Of a stretch of DNA of 31,962 bases, positions 1 through 10,260 are shown one piece after another. Position 1 is the first letter of the stretch. Every line of letters starts with the position of its first letter. The position numbers and the translations under genes were made by a program. The notes beneath the pieces were generated by a model. The model searched no databases. It worked only from the letters and a program-made list of their open reading frames with translations, and was not told the origin of the DNA. The DNA comes from Candidatus Brocadiia bacterium (lineage in GTDB: Bacteria; Planctomycetota; Brocadiia; SM23-32): NCBI GenBank assembly GCA_046538485.1, contig JBKHIT010000059.1, positions 1 through 31,962 of the forward strand, read 5' to 3'.

Positions 1-106
1 AACTACATACTAATTCCCGAAGAGGAAATGTCCAATTCCGTCTGAAGCATAACAGAACCTCTGTCGCATCTGCGGAACTTATTTACCTGCAGAGACCGAC
101 GCGAAG

Positions 107-640
107 ATGTGCCTATCATGTCAGCTTCTTGCGCCGCATTTCGACACCGCGCGATCGCTTTTTCAGTACACTGGTCCTGCGGCGTCGCTTGTTAAGAAGT
201 TCAAGTTTGGTGGGCATTATTATCTTGGCCAGAAGATTTTGCAGGACGCCGCTGAAAAGGAATGGCTTCCATTTCATCTGGCAAAGTGCGATACCGCCGT
301 GCCCGTACCCCTTCACTCGCAGCGTATTCGCCAACGCGGTTTCAACCAGGCCGCCCTGTTAGCCGAATATCTGGCCAATCGGCATGACCTGGAGTTTCAA
401 CGTCGTGCGTTGAAACGGGAAAAAGCGACGGAACAGCAGGCTCGTCTCTCGATCCCTGCGCGCAAAAAAAATGTTAAAGGGGCGTTTTCAGTCCAAACAA
501 ACCTTCTGTCCGGTAAGAATGTGCTTCTTGTCGATGATGTGATGACGACCGGGGCAACGGCGGATGAATGCGCGCGAATGATCAAAAAAGCCGACGCAGA
601 ATCAACTCACGTTTTCACTCTGGTTCGAGCGAACGTTTGA
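107..640 (+). CDS. comF: ComF family protein (phosphoribosyltransferase domain); 5' end disrupted or incomplete
   Basis: Motifs VPVPLH..R.RQRGFNQA and VLLVDDVMTTGAT. The upstream zinc-ribbon CRICG is in frame from 53 but is preceded by TAA at 50-52, so the true start is unclear. Confidence 0.85.
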   Translation: MCLSCQLLAPHFDTARSLFQYTGPAASLVKKFKFGGHYYLGQKILQDAAEKEWLPFHLAKCDTAVPVPLHSQRIRQRGFNQAALLAEYLANRHDLEFQRRALKREKATEQQARLSIPARKKNVKGAFSVQTNLLSGKNVLLVDDVMTTGATADECARMIKKADAESTHVFTLVRANV

Positions 641-674
641 ACCCTCGTCGTTCTTCAGCTTTCTGCAGCTGCCC

Positions 675-2336
675 TTATTGCCTGGCCTCTTCCGCTTCGT
701 CTTTAAGCAATCGGATATTTCGAAAGCGAATGGGGGTCTTTGGTCGACTGTAGAAAAAAAGCGACATACGCGTCACGGTTTCCGAATTCTTAATCTTACT
801 CCGGTGACGCCATTTACTTTCTTTGCACTTATATTTCGCGGCCTGCAGATCATAAGTTATGGTCGTCTTTTGATCGCCTCTGACCATCTTTTGACGGCTT
901 TCGTAGAGCTTATACCCGGGCAATGTCCATATACCCAGCGCCACTTTGACCGTCTCACCTGGCAGGAAATCGACACTGAATTTGTCGTACTTATTGATAT
1001 CACACCTCTGCTTGAGACTGATCACCCATTTGTTTTTTGGTCCGTTTTTAAAATTTGCAAAGACCCATTTTTCGTTTTCTTCGCCGATACGCTCAATGGC
1101 CATACTCACGGGATTCGCCCATTCTTCCTGCTGCCAGCGCAACGTCTGGCCCGGCTGATCTATTGTTACTTTCGGCTCGCCGCTTGCAATTTGTTCCTTC
1201 ACGCTGGCGCTGGCTGAGGCGAGCTTGTGAGCCAATGTGCGCTTTTCAGCTTTTTCTTTCTCCCGTTTTGCTTTTTCCTCGGGAGTCATCCACTCACCAT
1301 CGTATTTTACCAGCCCCTGTTCTCGTTTGGCCTGTTCTACTTTTTCTTTGATTCGCTTCGCCCGCTCTGCTTTTGACATCCACTCTCCCTCGTGTTTTAC
1401 CCAACCTTTACTCCCATATTTCACCGGGGCACTCTTCAGCAACTCCTGCGCTTCGGCCACCGTTTTCTGCAACTCTGACCCTGGTTTTTTCACCTTTCGA
1501 GCTGTCTGGAGAGCATCATTCAGCATACGCTTTGCCCGATTATACTGTTTTTCGGCAATCGCCTTGTGGGCATCTCTCACAAGTTTTTGCGCTTCCTGCT
1601 TGGAACGTTCACGTTGCCTCTGAGCTGTTTTGAGGGCGTGGATTCGTTCGCCAGCGTGCGTGATAACATCCATAAACTTTCCCCCCCCATACTCCCGCTC
1701 AAAATTTTGAGCCCTTTGCTTCGCCTCCCCCCACAGTTTTATAGCCTCCTCCTCATTGTACGGTCTATCCGCCTTTCTGGCATTTGCAACTGTGCTTCGG
1801 ACATCCGCCGCCTCCTCTTTCTGAGCGGCAGCCTGCCCCACCTGATAATCACGATAGCGAATAAAACCGTAAACCGCACCAAGACCCAGAATCAAAAACA
1901 CAATCAAAGCAGCTATCAGCCCGGCATAGCTCTTTTCCGCGTGATCCATTCGGGTCCCCGGCCCTTCGCTTCCCTCCTCATCTTCCGGTTCTTCTTCTGC
2001 AGTCGCCATCTCTGCACTTTGCGATGCGGCGGCAGATGACGCAGCCTGTTTCCTCGATTCGGGCGGAGTTTTCCCCGCAGTCCGGCCCGTTTCTTTCCGT
2101 CTCCCCGTCGAGGACGGTCTGCTTTTCGCCCCGGTCGCCTGAGAACCGCTCTTCTTCCCTCCCGCAAGCCTCAGCAGCTCTTGCCTCACCGCTTTCTCGT
2201 CCGACTCCCCTTTCTCCAAATCCTCTTTTTTGATCTGGATCGGCATTCCGCAACTGGGACATTTTATACTTTTGCCAACCAATTCTTCTTTGGCCTTGTA
2301 TGTTTGCCCGCAGTTGATGCATCGGACCTTAAACAT
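675..2336 (-). CDS. Hypothetical membrane protein: N-terminal CxxC..CxxC zinc ribbon, low-complexity linker, single TM helix, helical region with two G-x-V-K-x-x-G-E-W-M motifs, C-terminal beta-rich (CBM-like) domain
   Basis: 553-aa ORF with CINC..CPSC, hydrophobic LIAALIVFLILGLGAVYGF, and GWVKHEGEWM / GLVKYDGEWM. GGAG lies just upstream of the start. Confidence 0.8.
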   Translation of the reverse strand: MFKVRCINCGQTYKAKEELVGKSIKCPSCGMPIQIKKEDLEKGESDEKAVRQELLRLAGGKKSGSQATGAKSRPSSTGRRKETGRTAGKTPPESRKQAASSAAASQSAEMATAEEEPEDEEGSEGPGTRMDHAEKSYAGLIAALIVFLILGLGAVYGFIRYRDYQVGQAAAQKEEAADVRSTVANARKADRPYNEEEAIKLWGEAKQRAQNFEREYGGGKFMDVITHAGERIHALKTAQRQRERSKQEAQKLVRDAHKAIAEKQYNRAKRMLNDALQTARKVKKPGSELQKTVAEAQELLKSAPVKYGSKGWVKHEGEWMSKAERAKRIKEKVEQAKREQGLVKYDGEWMTPEEKAKREKEKAEKRTLAHKLASASASVKEQIASGEPKVTIDQPGQTLRWQQEEWANPVSMAIERIGEENEKWVFANFKNGPKNKWVISLKQRCDINKYDKFSVDFLPGETVKVALGIWTLPGYKLYESRQKMVRGDQKTTITYDLQAAKYKCKESKWRHRSKIKNSETVTRMSLFFYSRPKTPIRFRNIRLLKDEAEEARQ

Positions 2337-2418
2337 TCAAAGCTCCATTTAACGGACGATTATCACTCTGCTCACCCTGATTTTATTTTATTCCATGCGG
2401 CCGGCTTTGCCAAACGTT

Positions 2419-2856
2419 TCAATCGCCGATAAAAAATCGAATGGATTCTTCCACCTCTTGCACATTTACATCCGTATCCGTGCAGGGTCCATGCGGGCGG
2501 ATATTGATTACACCAAGGATTGGTTTCGGAAAAACGCCTTTCCACCCCTCCTGAAGTTCCTTCTCGCAGGCAACTGCAACAATAGCATCAATATCGTCTT
2601 CCAGGGCCATGTTGAGCGCAATTCGCCCCCCGGTGGCAACGGCGATCTTGCATCCGTATTTTTCAGAAAGTCCCAAAAGGTCTTTTATTTTACAGCGACC
2701 GCATCTCTGACAATTCTGGATATCGTTGGTGATTTTCTGTTTACATTCGCGGTACTGAAGACAACTCGGCAGCAAGATAAGAAGCCTTTCAGGCTTACAC
2801 TTCGACCAGCGCAGTTTTGTCACCATATTCATAAAGTGAACCGTTTTTCGTCCCAT
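2419..2856 (-). CDS. DUF116 domain-containing protein
   Basis: LLPSCLQ, NCQRCGRC, VATGG, AVACEKEL, GPCTDT motifs; located directly downstream of fmt. Confidence 0.85.
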   Translation of the reverse strand: MGRKTVHFMNMVTKLRWSKCKPERLLILLPSCLQYRECKQKITNDIQNCQRCGRCKIKDLLGLSEKYGCKIAVATGGRIALNMALEDDIDAIVAVACEKELQEGWKGVFPKPILGVINIRPHGPCTDTDVNVQEVEESIRFFIGD

Positions 2857-2892
2857 TTCGCGAAACTCGAAAAAATAAGTCTAATCCATCAC

Positions 2893-3837
2893 TCACCGGA
2901 AGACATCATCCGGCTCAATTTCATGGCCATGCACATAATCGGCCGCTTTCATGGCTCGACTACCGGCCGGCTGCATTTCTTTAATTATAATCGCACCTTG
3001 CCCCGTTTGCACAACAATCTCTTCATTTTCTGCCAAACCAAGAACCGTTCCCGGTTCAGCTTCCTCGTTCCTCTCGATCGTATCCACGCGCAACAAAACG
3101 ATTTTTTCCTTGCCGCCCCGGGTCTGTAACTCTGTCAAAGCGCCCGGCCAGGGGGTTACTCCCCGAACCCAATTCTTAATATCCTCGGCAGCAGAAGACC
3201 AATCCACATTTCCCTCTTTCTTACTCAGGCGCGGTGCGTACGACGGTTCACCATCCTGAGATTTTGGTTGGAGCCCATCCTGCCGGCTCATCCGCTCAAG
3301 GACCTTAACGAGCAGCTCTGCACCGATAGGAGCGAGCCGATCGTGCAGCTCGCCCGCCGTCTCTCGGGCCTTGATATCAACTTCTTTTTGTCCCAGCAAA
3401 GCGCCGGCATCGAGCTCCTCCCGCATCCGCTGAACCGAAACCCCTGTCTTGTCTTCTCCCCGAATAACCGCCCAGTTAATTGGAGCAGCACCTCGATACT
3501 TTGGCAGAAGTGAAGCATGCACATTCAGAAAACCTCGGGCGGGAGTGTCAAGAACTTTCCGGGAAAGAATTTGCCCGTAAGCGACCACAACACCGACTTC
3601 AGCCTCAGCCGCCTCCAACCGTTCCACACTCTCCAGAGAGTTAACGTTTTCCGGTTGAAAGACTTCTGCCTCCAGCTCAAGAGCGGCTTTTTTCACCGGC
3701 GGAAAAGAGATTCGACGCCCCCGGCCTTTGCGGCGATCCGGCTGGGTCACCACGAGCGAAATCTCGTGATCCGTTTCAGCCACAGCACGCAAAGACGGTA
3801 CGGCGAAATCCGGTGTGCCTGCAAAAATCAGTCGCAT
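2893..3837 (-). CDS. fmt: Methionyl-tRNA formyltransferase
   Basis: FAGTPDFAV, VVTQPDR, NVHASLLPKYRGAAPI, LDAG. Confidence 0.97.
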   Translation of the reverse strand: MRLIFAGTPDFAVPSLRAVAETDHEISLVVTQPDRRKGRGRRISFPPVKKAALELEAEVFQPENVNSLESVERLEAAEAEVGVVVAYGQILSRKVLDTPARGFLNVHASLLPKYRGAAPINWAVIRGEDKTGVSVQRMREELDAGALLGQKEVDIKARETAGELHDRLAPIGAELLVKVLERMSRQDGLQPKSQDGEPSYAPRLSKKEGNVDWSSAAEDIKNWVRGVTPWPGALTELQTRGGKEKIVLLRVDTIERNEEAEPGTVLGLAENEEIVVQTGQGAIIIKEMQPAGSRAMKAADYVHGHEIEPDDVFR

Positions 3838-3890
3838 GGTGAAAAATTTCTCTCAAAAAATGCCGATTGTGGTATCTGACAGATCGCCTG

Positions 3891-4400
3891 TTAACTGTCG
3901 GCCTTTTCAGCGATATCCCCTTCCAACCGCCTCAAATCCTTTTTCAAAGACATCACCTTTGATGGTTCCAGCCGATCGATAAAAAGCACGCCGTTAAGAT
4001 GATCCAATTCATGCTGCCACGCTCTCGCCAGGAGACCTTCGGCTTCAATTTCAATCTTTTTGCCGCGCAGAGTGTAAGTACTTACGGTAACACGCTCTGC
4101 ACGCCGGACATTGGCTCGTACCCCTGGCAAACTGAGACAGCCTTCTTCAGCCTCGGATTCGCCATCAAACTCAACGATTTTAGGGTTAACAAATATACGT
4201 GGGCCCTGTCCACTTTGTTCCACATCGATGGTCACAATCCTTTCGGCCCATCCCACCTGTGGTCCTGCCAAACCGACACCTTCCACCTCGTACATAAAAT
4301 CGAGCATCTGGCGCATACGCTCTGCTTGCTCATCGTGGATCTCGCGCACTGGTTCGCATTTCACACGCAACACTTCGTCGGGATATTTCTTCAGTTCCAT
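3891..4400 (-). CDS. def: Peptide deformylase
   Basis: GVGLAGPQVG, EGCLS, QHELDHLNG. Confidence 0.97.
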   Translation of the reverse strand: MELKKYPDEVLRVKCEPVREIHDEQAERMRQMLDFMYEVEGVGLAGPQVGWAERIVTIDVEQSGQGPRIFVNPKIVEFDGESEAEEGCLSLPGVRANVRRAERVTVSTYTLRGKKIEIEAEGLLARAWQHELDHLNGVLFIDRLEPSKVMSLKKDLRRLEGDIAEKADS

Positions 4401-4585
4401 CTGTCAACCTTATCTTCAGGACGCGCTCCCACTGGAGAAAAGTCTCTTGAACAAAAAAGACTTCCATCACCAATAGTGTACCAAAAAAAGCCTCGCCGGG
4501 AAACCGTCTGAATCACCGAAGCCTGTCGATCGATCCACTTTTGAACAGAAACATCGCAGAAGTTTTCTCAGGGGCTGGATTCTGC

Positions 4586-4614
4586 TTGACAAATCACGGT
4601 AGGTTCCTTAAAAT
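4586..4614 (+). promoter_or_regulatory. sigma70-type promoter of the HU/IHF gene
   Basis: TTGACA(4586-4591)-17 nt-TAAAAT(4609-4614). Confidence 0.7.
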
Positions 4615-4693
4615 TCCGTTGCACTAAGTCCCTGATTAGCTTACAGTTTTGTCAACTAACATCATTATTTTGAATTGAAGAGGGAGGCATCTC

Positions 4694-5020
4694 GTGTCGA
4701 ATAGGACAGTTACGAAACGCGAGATTTGCGAAGCAATTGCTGAAGAAACCGGTAATCCCCAAATCGTGGCTAAAGAGATCGTCCAGTGCTTTTTGGATCG
4801 GGTTATCGACGAACTGGCGGACGGAAATCGTCTTGAATTTCGGAATTTTGGCGTCTTTGAGATCCGCCTCCAGCCTGCTCGAAAAGCACGGAATCCCCGC
4901 ACAAACGAAGTTGTACATGTCGACCCGAAAGCAGTCGTGACGTTCAAAGTCGGCAAAGAAATGGGGGAAAAAGCGCAACAAGCCCTGCCGTACCTTCAGA
5001 AAAAGCAACGTGGAGAATAA
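4694..5020 (+). CDS. HU/IHF family DNA-binding protein
   Basis: LEFRNFGVFE, ARNPRT, VTFKVGK; GTG start preceded by GGGAGG. Confidence 0.93.
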   Translation: MSNRTVTKREICEAIAEETGNPQIVAKEIVQCFLDRVIDELADGNRLEFRNFGVFEIRLQPARKARNPRTNEVVHVDPKAVVTFKVGKEMGEKAQQALPYLQKKQRGE

Positions 5021-5394
5021 CCGGTCTCCGAGACTGGTCCCCGGTCGGTCGCTGCTTTGCGAGGATTGCTCGTCAGATCGTTCAACACAAGCCTGGTGTA
5101 TTTTGTCGTCAAGTCGAGTGGTGCCGCAGTGGACCTCAAATATAGGCTGTAAGAACCGCTTTGGCCGTATGCAACTGAGCTGAAAACTATCACGACAGGC
5201 AACAAAAAGTATCCCCCGTTTCCGCATGTATTGCCTATCACCACCTGTTTTGCCATCCTCTCGAGTGTCAGTACTCATCCGCTATAAAAAAAATATAGCA
5301 TATAGATTAAGCCACGTGTGAGGCCCCGAACAATGGAAAGTGCCATTTCACGTCCGCCTCTTCTTTTTCAATAATCCCTTGAGGAATGGTACCA

Positions 5395-6111
5395 ATGGCC
5401 GACAAAAACACGAGAGCTGTTGTCTTGCTCAGCGGCGGAATAGATTCAAGCACCACACTTGCCATCGCAGCAAACCGGGGATATAAGCTGCACGCCGTGA
5501 CGTTTCATTATGGTCAGAAAGCCGATCTCGAAGTGGAATCTGCCAAGAAAGTAGCAGAATTTTTCGATGTCAGTCAGCACGTAGTCCTGCCACTCGCTCT
5601 CGGTCAACTCGGACACTCCGCGCTCACCGATGATCAAGTTTTAGTACCCGAAAACAGTCCCGCGAGAACCCCTTCTTCTAAAAACGAAATACCACCAACT
5701 TACGTGCCAGCCCGAAATACTGTCTTTCTGGCATACGCATTGGCAATCGCCGAAATAACCGACTCATCGTATATCTTCATCGGAGTGACGTCCGTTGATT
5801 ACAGCGGGTATCCCGACTGCCGCCCTGAATACGTCGAAGCCGCCCAGAACCTCGCAAGGTTTGCCACCAAACAAGCTCTGGAAAAACATCCCCCCAAAAT
5901 TGAAACCCCGCTGCTTAGTATGTCAAAAGCCGATATTATTCGGTGGGGTCTCAGCCTTGACGTCGATTATTCTGTTACTCTCAGCTGTTATAAACCCGAC
6001 GAAAGGGGACGCGCCTGTGGTCGGTGTGATTCTTGTCGTCTCAGGCTGGAAGCATTCCGGCAGGCCGGCCTCGAAGACCATGCTCCCTACCAGAATGGAG
6101 TCGGAAAATGA
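5395..6111 (+). CDS. queC: 7-cyano-7-deazaguanine synthase
   Basis: LLSGGIDS, YVPARN, YSGYPDCRP, SCY..CGRCDSC. ATG 5395 chosen from GAGGA spacing; 5386 is the alternative. Confidence 0.96.
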   Translation: MADKNTRAVVLLSGGIDSSTTLAIAANRGYKLHAVTFHYGQKADLEVESAKKVAEFFDVSQHVVLPLALGQLGHSALTDDQVLVPENSPARTPSSKNEIPPTYVPARNTVFLAYALAIAEITDSSYIFIGVTSVDYSGYPDCRPEYVEAAQNLARFATKQALEKHPPKIETPLLSMSKADIIRWGLSLDVDYSVTLSCYKPDERGRACGRCDSCRLRLEAFRQAGLEDHAPYQNGVGK

Positions 6112-6683
6112 CCAAAATACTTGCTGTTCGGGCAAGCGCTCGGAGAGGCGGGAATAGCGATACAGCCCTCGAGAAAGCCATCGATGGAATGCGCCATAAG
6201 GATCCGGAGGCCAAAGTAGAGATACTGACTGCCTACGGTTTGCCGATTACGCCCTGCCGAAGTTGCAATGGCTGCTGGGAAACGGGCCGGTGTGTGGTCC
6301 AGGACGAAATGCAGGATCTCTACACAAAATTTTCAGCGGCAGATCACATCATTGTCACCTCCCCGATATACTTCACTTCGCTCCCCGGCCACATGAAAGT
6401 GTTGATTGACCGTTTCCAGTGTTTCTGGGTGCGCACTTTTCGTTTGGAAGATCCGCCGGAACCCCATCGCACCGGCGCCTTCCTGTGTGTTGGGGCAATG
6501 GACCGTGAGCGTTACTTCCAAAGCACCCTCACTATCATAAAAAGCTGGTTCGCTGCGCTTAATGTCGAATGCGCCATCTCGCACTTCTATTCGGGTCTGG
6601 ATGCAGCCGACGACATTCTTGAACACGAAGATTATCTGGAAGACGCCCGCCAGGCCGGGATTGAACTGGTGGATACCAACTGA
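6108..6683 (+). CDS. Flavodoxin-fold iron-sulfur flavoprotein / NADPH-dependent FMN reductase family
   Basis: SARRGGNS, CRSCNGCW..C..QDEM, SPIYF, IDRFQ; ATGA overlap with the queC stop. Confidence 0.88.
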   Translation: MTKILAVRASARRGGNSDTALEKAIDGMRHKDPEAKVEILTAYGLPITPCRSCNGCWETGRCVVQDEMQDLYTKFSAADHIIVTSPIYFTSLPGHMKVLIDRFQCFWVRTFRLEDPPEPHRTGAFLCVGAMDRERYFQSTLTIIKSWFAALNVECAISHFYSGLDAADDILEHEDYLEDARQAGIELVDTN

Positions 6684-6799
6684 AAAAATCTTGCTCAACC
6701 TGCGAGCCGGTGCCGGCCAAGAGTTAATTTTCCTGAAGCCATCAACACTAACAACAAAGCTGTATTGTTCAAACGCTTGCCCCTCAAGAGGTACCCGTT

Positions 6800-8089
6800 A
6801 CGAATTTCGACAGTCCCAAAAAATCACACCAACATCTCCTGCAAATATTCGCTTTCCTGGGTATGGGGGCACTTTATTTTTTCTCATATTTCCACCGGGT
6901 AGCGATACCGGGAACGATCTTTAATGAGTTACAATCGGACATGGCCTTCTCAGCTTCAGCCGTTACGGCGCTGGGAGCAATATTTCTCTACGTCTACGCC
7001 GGGGTGCAACCTCTGGTGGGGATAATGGCCGACCGCTGGGGTGGCACCCGCGTGCTGATCATTGGGGGCACTCTCATGTGCATCGGCAGCATAGTGTTCC
7101 CGCTCGCACAAAGCACTGCAATCCTTTACAGCAGTCGCGCTCTGATCGGGCTGGGGGCGGGGTGTATGTATTTAAGCCTTATCAAGGAAATCGATACACA
7201 TTTTTCCCTGGAAAACTTTTCGACCTTCCTGGGCGCACTGATTTTCATGGGATATGCAGGGGGTCTGGCCGGAACCTTCCCTTTTGAGCGAGCCACACAG
7301 GCTTTTGGATGGCGCCGGTCATTACTTTTTATCGGAATATTTTCGGCAATCGTGCTTATTTTTTCGGTCGGCCTCTTGAAAAAACTGCGCGGGAAATCCG
7401 GTGATGGGCCGCCCTTCTCCCTGCAGAGTCTCGGCAAAGTCGTGCGCAATTACAGGGCTTATCCAGTGCTTTTTGCAGGATCCTTCAACTGGGCGATCTA
7501 TTTTCTGGTTCAGACCACGGTGGGCAAAAAATTCCTGCAGGATGTAGCGGGCATAAGTTCCAGTGTCGCTTCCGCCTACACCCTGGTAATGATGGCTGTA
7601 GCAATGCTGATGGCGCTTCTGTGGGGGCTGTTCTCACGTCTGATTGGCAACCGCCGCAGGCCATTGATCATTGCCTGTCCGATAGCAACCTCGGTGGCGG
7701 CAGTCACTGTTCTTGGCGGTATACTGTCAGGAGCACCAAGTTGGCTTTTTCTCACCTGCTACACTATTTTCGCGGCTTCGGCAGCCTGCGCGCCCGTCTT
7801 CGCAGCGTCCATGAAAGAGCTCAATCCTTCTGATACCGTCGCGCTATCGGTGAGCATACAGAATACAGTGGCTTACCTGGTGGCAGGAATACTGGCCAAT
7901 GGGGTAGGACTTGTACTCGACGCGTTCGCTACGGGCAGGCCAACCGGTACGAAAACCATCATTTATCCCGATAAGGCGTACATAATAGTGTTCGCCGGTA
8001 TAACCGGACTCGCCCTGGTAGCGACACTTTTATCATTGCTGGCCCCGGAAACGCACGGCAAACCTTCCTATCGCCCCACCGATTCCTGA
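6800..8089 (+). CDS. MFS transporter (start uncertain: ACG 6800 or ATG 6863)
   Basis: YFFSYFHRV, GIMADRWG motif A, about 12 hydrophobic segments. TM1 begins upstream of the first ATG. Confidence 0.88.
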   Translation, partial: TNFDSPKKSHQHLLQIFAFLGMGALYFFSYFHRVAIPGTIFNELQSDMAFSASAVTALGAIFLYVYAGVQPLVGIMADRWGGTRVLIIGGTLMCIGSIVFPLAQSTAILYSSRALIGLGAGCMYLSLIKEIDTHFSLENFSTFLGALIFMGYAGGLAGTFPFERATQAFGWRRSLLFIGIFSAIVLIFSVGLLKKLRGKSGDGPPFSLQSLGKVVRNYRAYPVLFAGSFNWAIYFLVQTTVGKKFLQDVAGISSSVASAYTLVMMAVAMLMALLWGLFSRLIGNRRRPLIIACPIATSVAAVTVLGGILSGAPSWLFLTCYTIFAASAACAPVFAASMKELNPSDTVALSVSIQNTVAYLVAGILANGVGLVLDAFATGRPTGTKTIIYPDKAYIIVFAGITGLALVATLLSLLAPETHGKPSYRPTDS

Positions 8090-8108
8090 GCGAACGAATT
8101 GGGTCGGT

Positions 8109-8582
8109 TCAAGAAAGCTTAATCGCCAATCGTGCAACTCTTTCACCCAATTCCCGGCACTGACTGATGGCTCGTTCTTCCGGAGCTCCTATCGAAACCG
8201 GCCCATAATGATCCCCGTCTGCAGTGCCCTCGACAATCATTCCGTGGATAAGCAAAGCCTGGAGGATCGACATTATCGTTGTCTCATTTCCTCCCCCGAT
8301 ATTTGCAGAGGAAGCGAAAGCCCCTCCCACTTTGCCCGTCAACTTGCCGTGATACTTAACGGAGGCATCCAGAAGTTCTTTTATCTCATAGCACATATCA
8401 CCGTAGTAAGTCGGTGAACCGATGATAATTCCATCGTATTTCAGCAGGTCATCCGGCGATACTTTCTCCACTGTCTTCAATTCCGTTTCGGCACCAGCTT
8501 CCTGTGCCCCATCTACAACCGCTTTCGCCATCTTTTCAGTATTGCCACTGCGGGAATAGTAAATTACGCCGATCTTTGCCAT
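8109..8582 (-). CDS. Flavodoxin / WrbA-like NAD(P)H-dependent oxidoreductase
   Basis: YYSRSGNTEKMA, GSPTYYG, GKVGGAF..GGGNETT. Confidence 0.9.
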   Translation of the reverse strand: MAKIGVIYYSRSGNTEKMAKAVVDGAQEAGAETELKTVEKVSPDDLLKYDGIIIGSPTYYGDMCYEIKELLDASVKYHGKLTGKVGGAFASSANIGGGNETTIMSILQALLIHGMIVEGTADGDHYGPVSIGAPEERAISQCRELGERVARLAIKLS

Positions 8583-8652
8583 TTTTCCATGCTCCTTTAT
8601 TATTGCAAATCAATTTCAATTCAACAGACAGCTTTATCTTGCTTTCGAAAGT

Positions 8653-10221
8653 TCAATGGGCGACCTCGCTGTAGCGGGATTCTCTGATAACGGTAATCTG
8701 CACTTCTCCCGGATACTGCAATTCTTTCTGCACCTCTCGCGCAATGTCTCGTGATAGCTTCGCCGCCGTCTTATCATTGACTTTATCCGAATTGACAAGA
8801 ACCCTAACCTCTCGCCCGGCCTGAATTGCATAAGCGGTATGGACTCCCCCGTAGCTCGTCGCCAAATTTTCCAGCCGTTCGAGTCGCTTGATGTATCGCT
8901 CGAGAGTTTCACGGCGCGCGCCAGGCCGGCTCGCACTCATTGTATCCGCAGCGAGGATCAGCCCGGCGTAAAGGTTGGTTGGTTCGACATCTTCGTGATG
9001 TGCTTCGATCGCATTGACCACCCCTTCGCTTTCTCCCCATCGCCGTGCCTCTTCCGCACCGATCACTGCATGGGACCCTTCGTGCTCGTGATCCATCGCC
9101 TTACCGATATCGTGAAGCAATCCGCATCGTCTGGCGATTTGAGGGTCGAGGTTCACTTCAGCCGCCATAATCCCGGCGAGCTGGCCCACTTCAATAGAAT
9201 GCTGAAGGACATTCTGTCCAAAACTCGTACGGAATTTAAGCCGCCCGATCAACTCTTTCAGTTGGTCCGGTATGGACGGCAATCCCATATCGTAGGCGGC
9301 CTCCTTCCCGGTTTCCCGGATAATGCCCTGCACCTCTTCAGAAGCCTTCTCTGTCATTTCCTCGATGCGTCCCGGGTGTATGCGCCCATCGGCTACAAGT
9401 CGTTCCATTGCAACCCTTGCGGTTTCACGGCGCACACTATCGAAGCTGCTCAGCACGACGACACCGGGCGTATCGTCGACAATGACATCAACGCCTGTTG
9501 CTTGTTCGAAAGAGCGTATATTTCGGCCTTCCCGCCCGATGATCCGGCCTTTCATATCATCACTGGGCAGTTCCACCGTACTGACCGTGGCTTCGCTGGT
9601 TGACTCTGCGGCGCAGCGCTCGAGCGCTTCAACGAGAATTGCCTGCGCTTCCATGTCAGCTTTCTCATTTGCCTGCGCGACCTTGCTGCCTATCAATTCG
9701 ACGCAATCTTGCTCCATATCCTGCTCGATGCGTTCAAGCAACAGTTCTTTGGCATCATCCTGACTCAATCCACTGATTCGATGGAGTTCTTGGCGCTGTT
9801 TCTGGACAAGTTCTTCGACCTCGTTTTCCCGTTCTGCGAGTTTACGCCGATTTTCCGCGAGGTTTTTCTCAGATGTTTCGAGATAACGTTCCTTTTTCGC
9901 AACAAGTTCTTGTTTCTTTTCGATGCTATCTTCACGTTTTTCCAAGCGCCGTTCGGTTTGCCGCAATTCGCCGCGTATTTCCTGGACTTCTTCTTCAAAA
10001 TCCTCCCGAAGGGCGATAACCTCTTCTTTACCTTCAACTTCGATTTCTTTCTTAAGCTGTTCGGCTTCTCGTTTAGCCTGACCGAGAATCTCTTCGCGTC
10101 GCCGTTCGGCATGTTGTTGCACAGCGATAGCGAGAGCTCTTCTCAGGAAATAGCCTGCCACCAGGCCAAAAACGAGTGCCAACAGCGAGAAACCGTCGAA
10201 ATTCTTTAGTGCTTCAATCAC
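8653..10221 (-). CDS. rny: Ribonuclease Y
   Basis: N-terminal TM, coiled coil, KH domain (KGRIIGREGRNIR), HD domain (LLHDIGKA), YAIQAGRE. Likely GTG start at 10221 after GGGAGG. Confidence 0.96.
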   Translation of the reverse strand: MIEALKNFDGFSLLALVFGLVAGYFLRRALAIAVQQHAERRREEILGQAKREAEQLKKEIEVEGKEEVIALREDFEEEVQEIRGELRQTERRLEKREDSIEKKQELVAKKERYLETSEKNLAENRRKLAERENEVEELVQKQRQELHRISGLSQDDAKELLLERIEQDMEQDCVELIGSKVAQANEKADMEAQAILVEALERCAAESTSEATVSTVELPSDDMKGRIIGREGRNIRSFEQATGVDVIVDDTPGVVVLSSFDSVRRETARVAMERLVADGRIHPGRIEEMTEKASEEVQGIIRETGKEAAYDMGLPSIPDQLKELIGRLKFRTSFGQNVLQHSIEVGQLAGIMAAEVNLDPQIARRCGLLHDIGKAMDHEHEGSHAVIGAEEARRWGESEGVVNAIEAHHEDVEPTNLYAGLILAADTMSASRPGARRETLERYIKRLERLENLATSYGGVHTAYAIQAGREVRVLVNSDKVNDKTAAKLSRDIAREVQKELQYPGEVQITVIRESRYSEVAH

Positions 10222-10260
10222 ATTGGCCTCCCGCTCCATGGCGGAGCTTGCAGCTGCCAA

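Noticed and set aside
4996..5256. 86-aa minus-strand ORF between HU and queC
   Set aside because: No recognisable motif, SD-like GAGG too close to the ATG, and it overlaps the HU 3' end; unsupported.
5260..5305. Possible preQ1 riboswitch upstream of queC (hairpin plus A-run)
   Set aside because: The loop and AAAAAACUA tail do not fit preQ1-I; the A-run is simply the loop of a GCTATA/TATAGC hairpin.
2395..9763. Long antisense ORFs opposite fmt, DUF116, def and rny
   Set aside because: Shadow frames of well-supported genes on the other strand.
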